A stretch of 39,193 bases of DNA from Acidocella sp. (GTDB lineage: Bacteria > Pseudomonadota > Alphaproteobacteria > Acetobacterales > Acetobacteraceae). Below, piece by piece: positions 30,340 through 39,193 of this stretch. The stretch is from assembly GCA_029077775.1 (NCBI GenBank), contig JAQNCU010000001.1, positions 1-39,193 of the forward strand, read 5' to 3'. Each line of letters begins with the position of its first letter. Within the stretch, counting starts at the first letter, position 1. The position numbers were made by a program, and so were the translations under genes. The notes under the pieces are model-generated. The model was not told the origin of the DNA and made no database searches. It was given only the letters and a program-made list of their open reading frames with translations.

Positions 30340-31839
30340 ATGATCCGCCAGCTTACCCATTTTATTAACGGCCAGTCTGTCACCGGCACTTCCGGGCGGT
30401 TTGCCGATGTGTTCGACCCTAACACCGGCACCGTGCAGGCGCATGTGCCACTTGCCGCCACGGCTGAGGTTGCGGCCGCCATCGCCAACGCCGCCGCCGC
30501 CCAGCCCGGCTGGGCCGCCACCAACCCGCAACGCCGCGCCCGCGTGCTGATGAAATTTCTCGACCTCATCAACCGGAACATGGAACCTTTGGCCCAGCTA
30601 TTATCCTCCGAGCACGGCAAGACCGTGCCGGACGCCAAGGGCGACATCCAGCGCGGGCTGGAGGTTCTGGAATTCGCCATCGGCATCCCGCATCTGTTGA
30701 AAGGCGAGTATTCCGACTCCGCTGGCACGGGGATCGATGTGTACTCGCTGCGCCAGCCGCTCGGTGTGGTCGCGGGCATCACCCCGTTCAACTTTCCGGC
30801 GATGATCCCACTCTGGAAGGCCGCCCCGGCCATCGCTTGCGGCAATGCCTTTATCCTCAAACCCTCTGAGCGTGATCCCTCGGTCCCGCTGCGCCTCGCC
30901 GCCTTGTTCATCGAGGCTGGCGGCCCGCCCGGCATCTTCAACGTCGTCAATGGCGATAAGGAGGCCGTGGACGCCCTGCTGCACGACCCGCGTGTGTCGG
31001 CCATCGGCTTTGTCGGCTCATCGGACATCGCCAATTACATCTACGCCACCGCCGCCGCGCAGGGTAAGCGCGCGCATTGCTTCGGCGGTGCCAAAAACCA
31101 CATGGTCATCATGCCCGACGCCGATCTCGACCAGGCGGTGGACGCGCTCATCGGTGCCGGATACGGCTCCGCCGGGGAGCGTTGCATGGCGATCTCCGTC
31201 GCCGTCCCGGTGGGGGAGGCGACCGCGAACGCGCTGATGGAAAAACTCATCCCCCGCGTTGAGGCCCTTAAAATCGGCCTCTCGAACGATGCGGGCGCCG
31301 ATTACGGCCCGCTGGTGACCAAGGCCGCCCTGAACCGCGTGCACGGCTATGTCGATCTCGGCGTACAAGAGGGCGCAACCCTCGCGGTCGATGGGCGCGG
31401 CTTCAAAATGCAGGGCTATGAGGGTGGCTTCTTCATCGGCGGCTGCCTGTTCGACCATGTCACCCCGGACATGAAAATCTACAAAGAGGAAATTTTCGGC
31501 CCGGTGCTCGCGGTGGTGCGCGCTGCCACTTACGAGGACGCGCTGCGCCTGCCCAACGAGCATGAATACGGCAATGGTGTCGCCATCTTCACGCGTGACG
31601 GCGACGCCGCGCGGGATTTCTGCGCCCGCGTCCAGGTCGGCATGGTGGGCGTCAATGTGCCCATCCCGGTGCCCATCGCCTATCACACCTTCGGCGGCTG
31701 GAAGCGTTCCGGCTTCGGCGATCTGAACCAGCACGGCCCGGATTCCATCCGCTTCTACACCAAGACCAAAACCGTCACATCGCGCTGGCCCTCCGGCATC
31801 AAGGACGGTGCCGAGTTCGTCATCCCGACGATGAAGTAA
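30340..31839 (+). CDS. mmsA: CoA-acylating methylmalonate-semialdehyde dehydrogenase
   Basis: ITPFNFPAMIP, GGAKNH, GSAGERCMA and VGVNVPIPVP. Confidence 0.96.
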   Translation: MIRQLTHFINGQSVTGTSGRFADVFDPNTGTVQAHVPLAATAEVAAAIANAAAAQPGWAATNPQRRARVLMKFLDLINRNMEPLAQLLSSEHGKTVPDAKGDIQRGLEVLEFAIGIPHLLKGEYSDSAGTGIDVYSLRQPLGVVAGITPFNFPAMIPLWKAAPAIACGNAFILKPSERDPSVPLRLAALFIEAGGPPGIFNVVNGDKEAVDALLHDPRVSAIGFVGSSDIANYIYATAAAQGKRAHCFGGAKNHMVIMPDADLDQAVDALIGAGYGSAGERCMAISVAVPVGEATANALMEKLIPRVEALKIGLSNDAGADYGPLVTKAALNRVHGYVDLGVQEGATLAVDGRGFKMQGYEGGFFIGGCLFDHVTPDMKIYKEEIFGPVLAVVRAATYEDALRLPNEHEYGNGVAIFTRDGDAARDFCARVQVGMVGVNVPIPVPIAYHTFGGWKRSGFGDLNQHGPDSIRFYTKTKTVTSRWPSGIKDGAEFVIPTMK

Positions 31840-31845
31840 CCCGCC

Positions 31846-32997
31846 ATGTCCGGCCTTTCATTCACCCTGTCCGCGGACCAGGAGACGATCCGCGACATGG
31901 CAGGGGCCTTCGCCGCCACGCATCTCGCACCCCATGCGCTGGCCTGGGACCGCACGAAGACCTTCCCCGTTGAAACCATCCGCCAGGCCGCGGCACTCGG
32001 CATGGCGGGCATCTATGTGTCCGAGGCTCATGGCGGCTCCGGCCTTTCCCGGCTGGATGCCGCCCTGATCATCGAGGCGTTGGCCACAGGCTGCCCCACC
32101 ATCTCGGCCTATATCTCGATCCACAACATGGTCGCCGGGATGATCGACATCTACGGCGATGCCGCCCAAAAAACCGCCTATCTGCCCAGGCTCTGCGGCA
32201 TGGACTGGCTCGCCAGCTATTGCCTGACCGAACCCGGTGCTGGCTCCGATGCCGCCGCTCTCACCACCCGCGCCATTGCCGATGGCGACGACTATGTTTT
32301 AACCGGCACCAAGCAATTCATCTCCGGTGCCGGGGTCAGCCAGCTTTACCTCGTCATGGCACGCACCGGCGGGCCGGGTGCCGCGGGTGTCTCGGCCTTT
32401 TTGGTCGAGGCCGGAACGCCCGGCCTCAGCTTCGGCCCCAACGAACAAAAAATGGGCTGGAACGCGCAGCCCACCGCCCAGGTGATCATGCAGGATTGCC
32501 GCATCCCCGCCGCCAACCGGCTGGGGCCAGAAGGCACGGGCTTCAAAATCGCCATGGCCGGGTTGGATGGCGGCCGCATCAATATCGGCGCCGCCTCGCT
32601 CGGCGGTGCCCAGGCCGCACTCGATAAAACCATCAGCTATCTCGGAGAGCGCAAAGCCTTCGGCCAGACCCTCGACAATTTCCAGGCCCTGCAATTTCGC
32701 ATCGCCGACATGGCCACCTCGCTTGAGGCCGCCCGCCTGCTGTTATGGCGTGCCGCCACGGCACTCGACGCGCAATCGCCGGATGCCACCCGCCTCTGCG
32801 CCATGGCCAAGCGCCTCGCCACCGATACCGGCTTCGAGGTCGCCAACGCGGCCCTGCAACTGCATGGCGGCTACGGCTATCTCGCCGATTACGGCGTCGA
32901 GAAAATCGTCCGCGATCTGCGCGTCCACCAGATCCTGGAAGGCACCAACGAGATCATGCGGGTGATTATCTCTCGGCAATTATTGAAAGCGGGATGA
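31846..32997 (+). CDS. Acyl-CoA dehydrogenase (isobutyryl-CoA dehydrogenase-like)
   Basis: SYCLTEPGAGSDA, KMGWNAQPT, LQLHGGYGY and RVHQILEGTNEIM; lies between mmsA and mmsB. Confidence 0.93.
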   Translation: MSGLSFTLSADQETIRDMAGAFAATHLAPHALAWDRTKTFPVETIRQAAALGMAGIYVSEAHGGSGLSRLDAALIIEALATGCPTISAYISIHNMVAGMIDIYGDAAQKTAYLPRLCGMDWLASYCLTEPGAGSDAAALTTRAIADGDDYVLTGTKQFISGAGVSQLYLVMARTGGPGAAGVSAFLVEAGTPGLSFGPNEQKMGWNAQPTAQVIMQDCRIPAANRLGPEGTGFKIAMAGLDGGRINIGAASLGGAQAALDKTISYLGERKAFGQTLDNFQALQFRIADMATSLEAARLLLWRAATALDAQSPDATRLCAMAKRLATDTGFEVANAALQLHGGYGYLADYGVEKIVRDLRVHQILEGTNEIMRVIISRQLLKAG

Positions 32998-33875
32998 TGC
33001 CAAAAATCGCCTGTCTCGGCCTCGGGAATATGGGCTTGCCCATGGCCATAAACCTGCTGAAAGCCGGCCATCTCGTCGTCGGATACGATGTCGCCCCCGC
33101 CGCCCGCGATGCCGCCCGCGCGGCGGGGATCACCCTCGCGCCTGATGCCGCAACAGCGGTCGCCGGGGCCGATGTGGTGCTCACCATGCTGCCGAACGGA
33201 AATTTGGTCCTGGATTTGTACATCTCCGGCATATTAACCGCCGCCCCGCCAGGCTGCCTGTTCATCGACAGCTCGACGATCGATGTCGCCAGCGCGCGCG
33301 CCGCCCATGACCTCGCCCAAAAGGCGGGCCAAACCAGCCTGGACGCACCGGTCTCCGGCGGGGTCGGCGGCGCTAGCGCGGGCACGCTCACCTTCATGGT
33401 CGGCGGCGATCAAGCCGCCTTCGCCCGCGCTGAACCGATCCTCGCCGCCATGGGCAAAAAAATCGTGCATTGCGGCCATAACGGCGCCGGGCAGGCGGCC
33501 AAAATCTGCAATAACATGATCCTCGGCATCTCGATGATCGCGGTGTCCGAGGCGTTCGTCCTCGCTGAAAAACTTGGGCTCAGCGCCCAGTCATTATTCG
33601 ATGTCGCATCCACCTCATCCGGCCAATGCTGGTCGCTCACAACCTATTGCCCAGTGCCGGGGCCGGTCCCGGCCAGCCCCGCCAATAATGGCTACCAACC
33701 CGGCTTCGCCGCCGCACTGATGCTGAAAGACCTGGCGCTCTCACAAGACGCCGCAGAGGCCAACCACGCCCACACCCCGCTCGGCCACCACGCGGCGGAA
33801 ATCTACCGGCAATTCGTCGAAGCTGGTGGCGGCAATCAGGATTTCTCGGCGATCATCAAGGTGCTGCGCATGTAA
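32994..33875 (+). CDS. mmsB: 3-hydroxyisobutyrate dehydrogenase
   Basis: GLGNMGLPMA, DAPVSGG, AAKICNNM and SSGQCWSLTTYCPVPG. ATG at 32994 or 32997 overlaps the upstream stop. Confidence 0.96.
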   Translation: MMPKIACLGLGNMGLPMAINLLKAGHLVVGYDVAPAARDAARAAGITLAPDAATAVAGADVVLTMLPNGNLVLDLYISGILTAAPPGCLFIDSSTIDVASARAAHDLAQKAGQTSLDAPVSGGVGGASAGTLTFMVGGDQAAFARAEPILAAMGKKIVHCGHNGAGQAAKICNNMILGISMIAVSEAFVLAEKLGLSAQSLFDVASTSSGQCWSLTTYCPVPGPVPASPANNGYQPGFAAALMLKDLALSQDAAEANHAHTPLGHHAAEIYRQFVEAGGGNQDFSAIIKVLRM

Positions 33876-34005
33876 AAAAAGCCGCTTTTTAAAAAAAGCG
33901 GCACCAAAAATTTTTGTGACTCTGGGCTACGGGGTTAATGGCGCCATAGTTCATGGCTCAGACTAAAAAAGTTTTTTGTTTTTTTTTCAGAAAAAGAAAT
34001 TTTTT
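33876..34005. repeat. Divergent third copy of the intergenic repeat; likely bidirectional terminator
   Basis: GCCGCTTTTTAAAAAAAGCGGCACCAAAAATTTTTG...ATGGCTCAGACTAAAAAAGTTTTTTGTTTTTTTTTCAGAAAAAGAA matches both ends of copies 1 and 2. Lies between convergent genes. Confidence 0.8.
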
Positions 34006-34011
34006 ATATTC

Positions 34012-34794
34012 TCATCGCATCATTGCCGCTGCGCGCCCCAGCCCATAGGCGCCAGCCGCCAGCGCGCCGACGAAAAACCCGATGGGCCAGTCGCTTTCAT
34101 AGGACAGCGCGATGGCAGCCCAGATCACAACGAGCGCGATAACGACAGACAGCGCCATGGCCACGCCTGGCCGCGTGGTCAGCGCGCGTGCGCAGGCGGG
34201 CGGGCCGACCAGCAGGCTGAATACCAGCAAGGCCCCCACCACAGGCAGCGCCATGGCGGTGGCAAGCCCGAGAAGTGCGAGAAACAACAGCTCGACCCGC
34301 CCGGCATGGACACCGCGCGCCACCGCCAGTTCGGGGGAGATGGCACTCAGCAACAAGGGCCGGAAAAAAATCAGCACGAGCGCACAAATCCCCGCGCATA
34401 TGCCGCCCACCGGCAACAGCGCCGCGCGGCTCACCCCGAGCAATTGCCCGAATAACAGCGCATAGGCCGAGGCCGCGTATTGTCCGGAAAGTGACAGGCA
34501 GAGGGTGCCCACGCCCAGCAGCGTGATCAGCGTCAGCGCCGTCGCCACATCGGCACGCTGGCGGCGGCCAAGGCGGCTGATCCCCGCCACGCCGAGCAGC
34601 GCGAAACCGACCAGCCCCCAAAACGGGTTCACCCCCGCCAGCCCCGCCGCCGCCGCCCCGGGGAACGTGCCGAGCGGCAGCGCATGGGCGGCGAAGCTCG
34701 CCCCCCGAATGACCACGAAAAACCCCACCATGCCCGCGACAATCGCCAGCATCGTGGCTGCCGCCCAGCTATTCAGCATAAAGCCGGAAAACAT
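34012..34794 (-). CDS. Zn/Mn ABC transporter permease
   Basis: VVIRGASFAAHAL, LLFGQLLG and VGALLVFSLLVGP (ABC-3 type). Confidence 0.92.
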   Translation of the reverse strand: MFSGFMLNSWAAATMLAIVAGMVGFFVVIRGASFAAHALPLGTFPGAAAAGLAGVNPFWGLVGFALLGVAGISRLGRRQRADVATALTLITLLGVGTLCLSLSGQYAASAYALLFGQLLGVSRAALLPVGGICAGICALVLIFFRPLLLSAISPELAVARGVHAGRVELLFLALLGLATAMALPVVGALLVFSLLVGPPACARALTTRPGVAMALSVVIALVVIWAAIALSYESDWPIGFFVGALAAGAYGLGRAAAMMR

Positions 34795-34800
34795 CGCGCC

Positions 34801-35664
34801 TCAGACTCTCATGGTCCGGTCGCGCCGCAACCCTGATGCCAAATAGATGGTAAAAATAATCGTTACGATAAAAAAACTCACCGGCCAGCCATGGCCGCCG
34901 CTCCAGTTATAGCTGTCATAGGCAAGCCACACCCCACCCCAACACGCCGCAACCCCGATCACCACGGCGAGCCCGATTGCCCTGCCCGGGCGGCGCGCAA
35001 GCCGCAATGCCGCCGCCGCCGGGCCAATGAGCAACGCGGTCGACAGGATCGCGCCGATCGTCATCGCGGACAGGGTCACCGCAAGCGCCAGCATCAACAA
35101 ATGCAAAAACCCGATCAGCCGCACATTCACGCCTTGCACACCCGCCAGCTCCGGTGCCGCGGCGCATAACAGCAGCGGGCGATGGATCATCGCCATCACA
35201 ACCATCGCGCCTGCCCCAAGCCCCAGGCTCAGCTTCACCATGCCGGGCGGGATCGCGAACATCGAGCCGAACATCACCGAGATCGCCGCGCCTGACGTGC
35301 TTCTCATCGTCACATCGAAATACAACAACAACGCCGTCACCCCGAGCCCGGCGCCCAGGAACACCCCGGTGGCGAGGTCGCGTTCCCGCGCCCGCTGCAC
35401 GCCCACCATCTCCAGCACGCCAGCGCCCAAAACCGCCAGTCCGAGAAAGCCGAAAAGCGGGTTGACCCCGAACAGAAACGCCCCTGCGCCCCCGGCGGAA
35501 CTTACATCCGCCAGCGCATGTCCGGCGAAACTCTGGCCGCGTATAATGGTGAACACGCCGACCATGGCAGAGAGCATAGCCGCGCAAAAGCTAACGCCAA
35601 GTGCCGCGCGCACCGGCCCATTCTCGAAAAACCCCGGCGTCAGCAGTGCCCCGGCACCCACCAT
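34801..35664 (-). CDS. Zn/Mn ABC transporter permease
   Basis: TIIRGQSFAGHALAD and IGAILSTALLIGPAAAA. Confidence 0.92.
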   Translation of the reverse strand: MVGAGALLTPGFFENGPVRAALGVSFCAAMLSAMVGVFTIIRGQSFAGHALADVSSAGGAGAFLFGVNPLFGFLGLAVLGAGVLEMVGVQRARERDLATGVFLGAGLGVTALLLYFDVTMRSTSGAAISVMFGSMFAIPPGMVKLSLGLGAGAMVVMAMIHRPLLLCAAAPELAGVQGVNVRLIGFLHLLMLALAVTLSAMTIGAILSTALLIGPAAAALRLARRPGRAIGLAVVIGVAACWGGVWLAYDSYNWSGGHGWPVSFFIVTIIFTIYLASGLRRDRTMRV

Positions 35665-36515
35665 CAGGGGATCGCCGCCACATGCTCAGGGTGCTCGTCC
35701 ACGGAATTATCTGGGTGCGGTCCCCGCACGAGTGGCAGTTCATCCGCTGCCCCGGCGGCGACCACCAGCACCCTTCCATGCACGCGGATCACGTCGATAT
35801 GATAGCCATATAACGCGCTCAGCACCTCGGTGCGCACAACCTCACTCGGCGTGCCGCTCACCGCCTTGCCATGCGCGAGGTAGACAATCCGGTCCATGCT
35901 CCCCAGCAGCGGGTTCATATCATGCGCGCTCACCAGCACCGTCACGCCATGCTCGTGGCTCAATCCGCGCAGCAGCGTCACAATCTCGGCCACAGCGCGA
36001 AGGTCGAGATTGGCGAGCGGCTCATCCAGCAGCAGCAATTTTGGGCGGCGGATCAGCGCATGGGCGATCAGCACGCGCTGTTGCTGCCCGCCAGATAGTG
36101 CCCCCACACGCTGATCGGCGAAGTCCAGCGCGTTCACCGCCGCCAGCATCTCATCTACCAGGCGGCGCCGTTTTGCACGTGGCCATGACAGACCGAATTT
36201 GTGCCCGTCCAGCCCCAGCGCCACCATGTCCCGCGCGCGCAGCGGTAAATCGACGTCGAGCTGTAGTTTCTGCGGCACATAGCCCACATCGCCATGCAAG
36301 CCGCGTTCACCCGCCACCAGCACAATGCCTGTTTGTGATGTCTCAAGCCCCAATATGCTGCGCATCAGGCTGGTCTTGCCCGACCCATTGGACCCGATCA
36401 GCCCGCAAAACGCCCCTTGCCCCAGGCTGAAACTCACATTCCTCAGCACCTCCCGCCCGTCATAGGCAAGGCTGACATCCTCGACGCTCAACAATGCGCG
36501 CGCCTCGTGCATCAT
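35664..36515 (-). CDS. Zn/Mn ABC transporter ATP-binding protein
   Basis: GSNGSGKT, GYVPQ, LSGGQQQR and LLLDEPLANLD. Confidence 0.95.
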   Translation of the reverse strand: MMHEARALLSVEDVSLAYDGREVLRNVSFSLGQGAFCGLIGSNGSGKTSLMRSILGLETSQTGIVLVAGERGLHGDVGYVPQKLQLDVDLPLRARDMVALGLDGHKFGLSWPRAKRRRLVDEMLAAVNALDFADQRVGALSGGQQQRVLIAHALIRRPKLLLLDEPLANLDLRAVAEIVTLLRGLSHEHGVTVLVSAHDMNPLLGSMDRIVYLAHGKAVSGTPSEVVRTEVLSALYGYHIDVIRVHGRVLVVAAGAADELPLVRGPHPDNSVDEHPEHVAAIP

Positions 36516-37444
36516 CCGGGCGCTTTGCCCAGGGGCGGCGTTGATTGTCCATGTTCCACAGCCGCGCGCAGCGCCATGGTCTCGGCCAGCATCCAGGATT
36601 GATAATCATAACCGGGCGCCGGCATGGTCTCATACACCCCGACCACGGGAATGTGGTTCGCCCGCGCCAGGGCCAGGAATGAGGCCGTCAGCGGGTCGGT
36701 CACCTGCTCGTTATAGACCAATGCCCGCACCTTGTGGCCGCTGAGCAGCAAATCCTGCGCCGCGACATCCTGCGGGGCGGGGTCCGTGCCATTCATAATC
36801 GCCGCCTGCAACGTGAACGGTGTCAGAATCTCGGCCCCGGCAGCGGTCAGCAGCGCATCCCCCACGGGCTCCGTCACCGCCACGGGCACGCCTGGATCGG
36901 CTGATTTTATCGCCGCCAGCGCCGCGCGCCATGGGCCAAGGCTGGCGTCGAAGCGCGCGGCATTGGCCCGGAAATCGTCAGCGTGTTGCGGCTGCATGGT
37001 GGCGAGTATGGCGGCAAGCGCATCGGCCACACGCGGCATGGTTAGCGGATCATACCACAGATGCGGGTTGGGTGTGTTATCCGGCAAACCCAATAGACGC
37101 TGCACGTTGATCACCCGGCGTTGCGCGTCCGGGGCGGCATCCAGCATCCGCCCGGCCCAGTCATCATATCCCAGCCCATTTTCCACCACCAATTGCGCCC
37201 CGGCCAGCCTGGCCGCGATTTTCGGGTTCAATTCAAACTCATGCGGGTCGGTATTGGGGTCCGAGATGATGGCGCTGACGGTCACATAACGCCCGCCAAT
37301 CTGCGCGATGACATCGGCGTATTGCGTCTCCACCCCCACTGCCTTAACGGGCGCGGCGGCGGCGGCGGCGGCGGCGGGGCAGGGGGCTGATACCAAACAA
37401 AACACCGCCACGGCCGGAATGGATTTCAGCAAACCAATCCCCAC
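36512..37444 (-). CDS. Zn/Mn ABC substrate-binding protein (cluster A-I)
   Basis: DPHEFE, NGLGYD and NPHLWYDP; signal peptide followed by an Ala8 tract. Confidence 0.92.
   Translation of the reverse strand: MGIGLLKSIPAVAVFCLVSAPCPAAAAAAAAPVKAVGVETQYADVIAQIGGRYVTVSAIISDPNTDPHEFELNPKIAARLAGAQLVVENGLGYDDWAGRMLDAAPDAQRRVINVQRLLGLPDNTPNPHLWYDPLTMPRVADALAAILATMQPQHADDFRANAARFDASLGPWRAALAAIKSADPGVPVAVTEPVGDALLTAAGAEILTPFTLQAAIMNGTDPAPQDVAAQDLLLSGHKVRALVYNEQVTDPLTASFLALARANHIPVVGVYETMPAPGYDYQSWMLAETMALRAAVEHGQSTPPLGKAPG
37353..37376. repeat. (GCG)8 trinucleotide tract encoding poly-Ala
   Basis: Directly visible; translates as CP-AAAAAAAA-P. Confidence 0.85.
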
Positions 37445-37457
37445 TGCCGCCCGCCGG

Positions 37458-38018
37458 TCACAGCCACATGCGTTGAATTTCAGGGTGCTTGTCGAAAAAC
37501 TGGTGCTTCAGCGCACCCAGCACATGCGCGCCCAGCACGCCATAAAGCGCATATGAGAGATAGGTATGGATATGGCCGAACAACGTATGCACATAGGCTT
37601 TGCTGGCCGGGTCCAGGCCTGTGATAAAGCTTAAGCGGAACCAGGGGATAATCCAGAACAGCTTCATCGGGTGGCTGGCGGCGGCACTCCACGCGCTGTC
37701 ATGGATCCAGCCTGTTACCGGCAGCGCCAGGATCAACGCATACAGCGCCAGATGCGCCGCATGCGCGGCCAGCGCCTCAAGCGGCCGATAGGCGGCGGGC
37801 AGCGGCGGTGGCTTGTGCGTAAGGCGCCACAACACCCGCGCGATGAACAACCCCAGCACCGTGATCCCGAGCGATTTATGCAGATCGATCATCGGCCTGA
37901 CATCGGCATCCGGCACATAGCCAGCGCCGATCGCAAGGATGACATTGGCGGTGATAAACAGCGCGATCAGCCAATGCAGCGTGACCGCTGTTTTGGTGTA
38001 TTTATCCACTGCGGCCAT
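37458..38018 (-). CDS. Cytochrome b561 (CybB/YceJ family)
   Basis: Heme-ligand His motifs LHWLIA, LHKSLG, IHTYL and HVLGALKH...RM. AAGGAG RBS. Confidence 0.93.
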   Translation of the reverse strand: MAAVDKYTKTAVTLHWLIALFITANVILAIGAGYVPDADVRPMIDLHKSLGITVLGLFIARVLWRLTHKPPPLPAAYRPLEALAAHAAHLALYALILALPVTGWIHDSAWSAAASHPMKLFWIIPWFRLSFITGLDPASKAYVHTLFGHIHTYLSYALYGVLGAHVLGALKHQFFDKHPEIQRMWL

Positions 38019-38164
38019 GAAATTTTCTGCTCCTTATCACATCGCACGCAGTGTTTACCGCGTTTTTCCATATCCGGCCAATACGGCCTTGTCATCACGC
38101 CCCGCCACCCCTTGGCAAGCCCGGTTTTATCCCACATGAAGCGAGCACCCAAAAGGATAAATTT

Positions 38165-39193
38165 GTGAGCCACGATCCCGAGGCGGTTTTGCACCGCACA
38201 TCGCCGCGCTTCACGCATCCGCCCACGCCCTTGCCCAGCCTGATCATCCACGGTTCGGTGTTCATCCTCTGGGTTTTGCTGCTGGCCAACGCGCTGCTTG
38301 GGCGTGGCTTCCATGGCTGGGCGGTCGGCCTCGTTTATATCCTGTACGACACCTTGCTGCTCGCCTTCACCTTCTGGCAAACCCTGCCGCTGCGCCTTGC
38401 CCCCCGGCCATCGCCACGGCCCACCACACGCCCCAGCCTCGCCGTCATCATCGCAGCCTATAACGAGGAGAGCGTCCTCGCCGCGACCATCCGCTCCCTG
38501 CTTGCGCAGAGCGACCCGCCGGATGAGATCATCGTCGCCGATGACGGCTCAACCGACGGCACCGCCGCCTTGCTCAGTGCCCAGTTCGCGCTGGTGCCAC
38601 CAGCCATCGGCGCCATCAGCGCGGTCAGCGCCGCCGTACCCGGGTTGCGCTGGCTGCGCGCGCCGCGTGGCGGCAAGGCCAGGGCGCTCAACCGCGCCAT
38701 TGCGCTGGTCGGGTCGGCGTTATTCCTGACCGTCGATGCCGACACCATCCTCGCCGACGACGCCATCGCCGCCATGCGCGCGGCCTTCGCCTCCACACCC
38801 GGATTGGTCGCGGCCACCGGCGTGCTGGCACCCTTTTGTGATGGCACGCTCAAAGGCCGGTTTTTCGAATGGTTCCAGACCTATGAATATGTCCGCAATT
38901 TCCTCGGCCGCTACGCCTGGGGACGGATGGACAGCCTGTTGTTGATCTCGGGCGCGTTCGCGGGCTTCCGCACCGCGCCGGTTATCGAGGTTGGCGGGTT
39001 CGATCCCGATTGCATGGTCGAGGATTATGAACTCATCCACAGGCTGCGGCGTTTTGGTTACGACCAAGGTCGGGATTGGCATTCCACCGTGCTCGGCACG
39101 GCGCGCGCGCGCACCAGCGCCCCGGCGGGAATGATGGCGTTTTTGCGCCAGCGCCGCCGCTGGTTCGGCGGGTTTTTGCAAACCCAGCTCTGG
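38165..39193 (+). CDS. Processive family-2 glycosyltransferase (IcaA/PgaC/CesA-like), 3' partial; absent from the ORF track
   Basis: Manual translation from GTG 38165 (AAGGA RBS) gives two TM helices, IAAYNEE, DDGSTD, GGKARALN, VDAD, VED and RQRRRW. The frame is open to the window end. Confidence 0.92.
   Translation, partial: MSHDPEAVLHRTSPRFTHPPTPLPSLIIHGSVFILWVLLLANALLGRGFHGWAVGLVYILYDTLLLAFTFWQTLPLRLAPRPSPRPTTRPSLAVIIAAYNEESVLAATIRSLLAQSDPPDEIIVADDGSTDGTAALLSAQFALVPPAIGAISAVSAAVPGLRWLRAPRGGKARALNRAIALVGSALFLTVDADTILADDAIAAMRAAFASTPGLVAATGVLAPFCDGTLKGRFFEWFQTYEYVRNFLGRYAWGRMDSLLLISGAFAGFRTAPVIEVGGFDPDCMVEDYELIHRLRRFGYDQGRDWHSTVLGTARARTSAPAGMMAFLRQRRRWFGGFLQTQLW

Noticed and set aside
38019-38164. 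Zur/Mur operator or yybP-ykoY riboswitch before the metal ABC operon
   Set aside because: No convincing dyad or riboswitch consensus visible.
38298-39181. Track ORFs 38298-38729, 38458-38853, 38720-39181 and 38736-38945
   Set aside because: All overlap the glycosyltransferase frame that starts at 38165.

Overview
This GC-rich window looks alphaproteobacterial, most likely Acetobacteraceae (Acidiphilium/Acidocella-like); the assignment is inferred from gene content and the repeat family. In order it contains: (1) a Hint-domain passenger-like protein; (2) the core gyrA-coaD-cyclophilin block and tRNA-Lys(UUU); (3) a roughly 19.5 kb accessory-looking stretch with a GAF-GAF-GGDEF-EAL protein, a translationally coupled PleD-like cyclase / FIST (NosP-like) / PleC-DivJ-like kinase operon, an orphan His-box desaturase, a NitT/TauT ABC importer with a DcaP-like porin, an MFS plus OmpR-type two-component unit and a PAS-GGDEF, ending at a truncated aldo/keto reductase; (4) DHA2 MFS and AEC transporters and an AdrA-like cyclase; (5) a valine-catabolism operon; (6) a cytochrome b561 plus Zn/Mn ABC operon; and (7) a processive GT2 running off the right edge. 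Three copies of a palindromic AT-rich intergenic repeat are present. The best candidate for an undescribed system is the PleD-FIST-kinase operon and its neighbours. No CRISPR array, integrase, transposase or rRNA was seen. All calls rest on motif recognition by eye; no database search was run.
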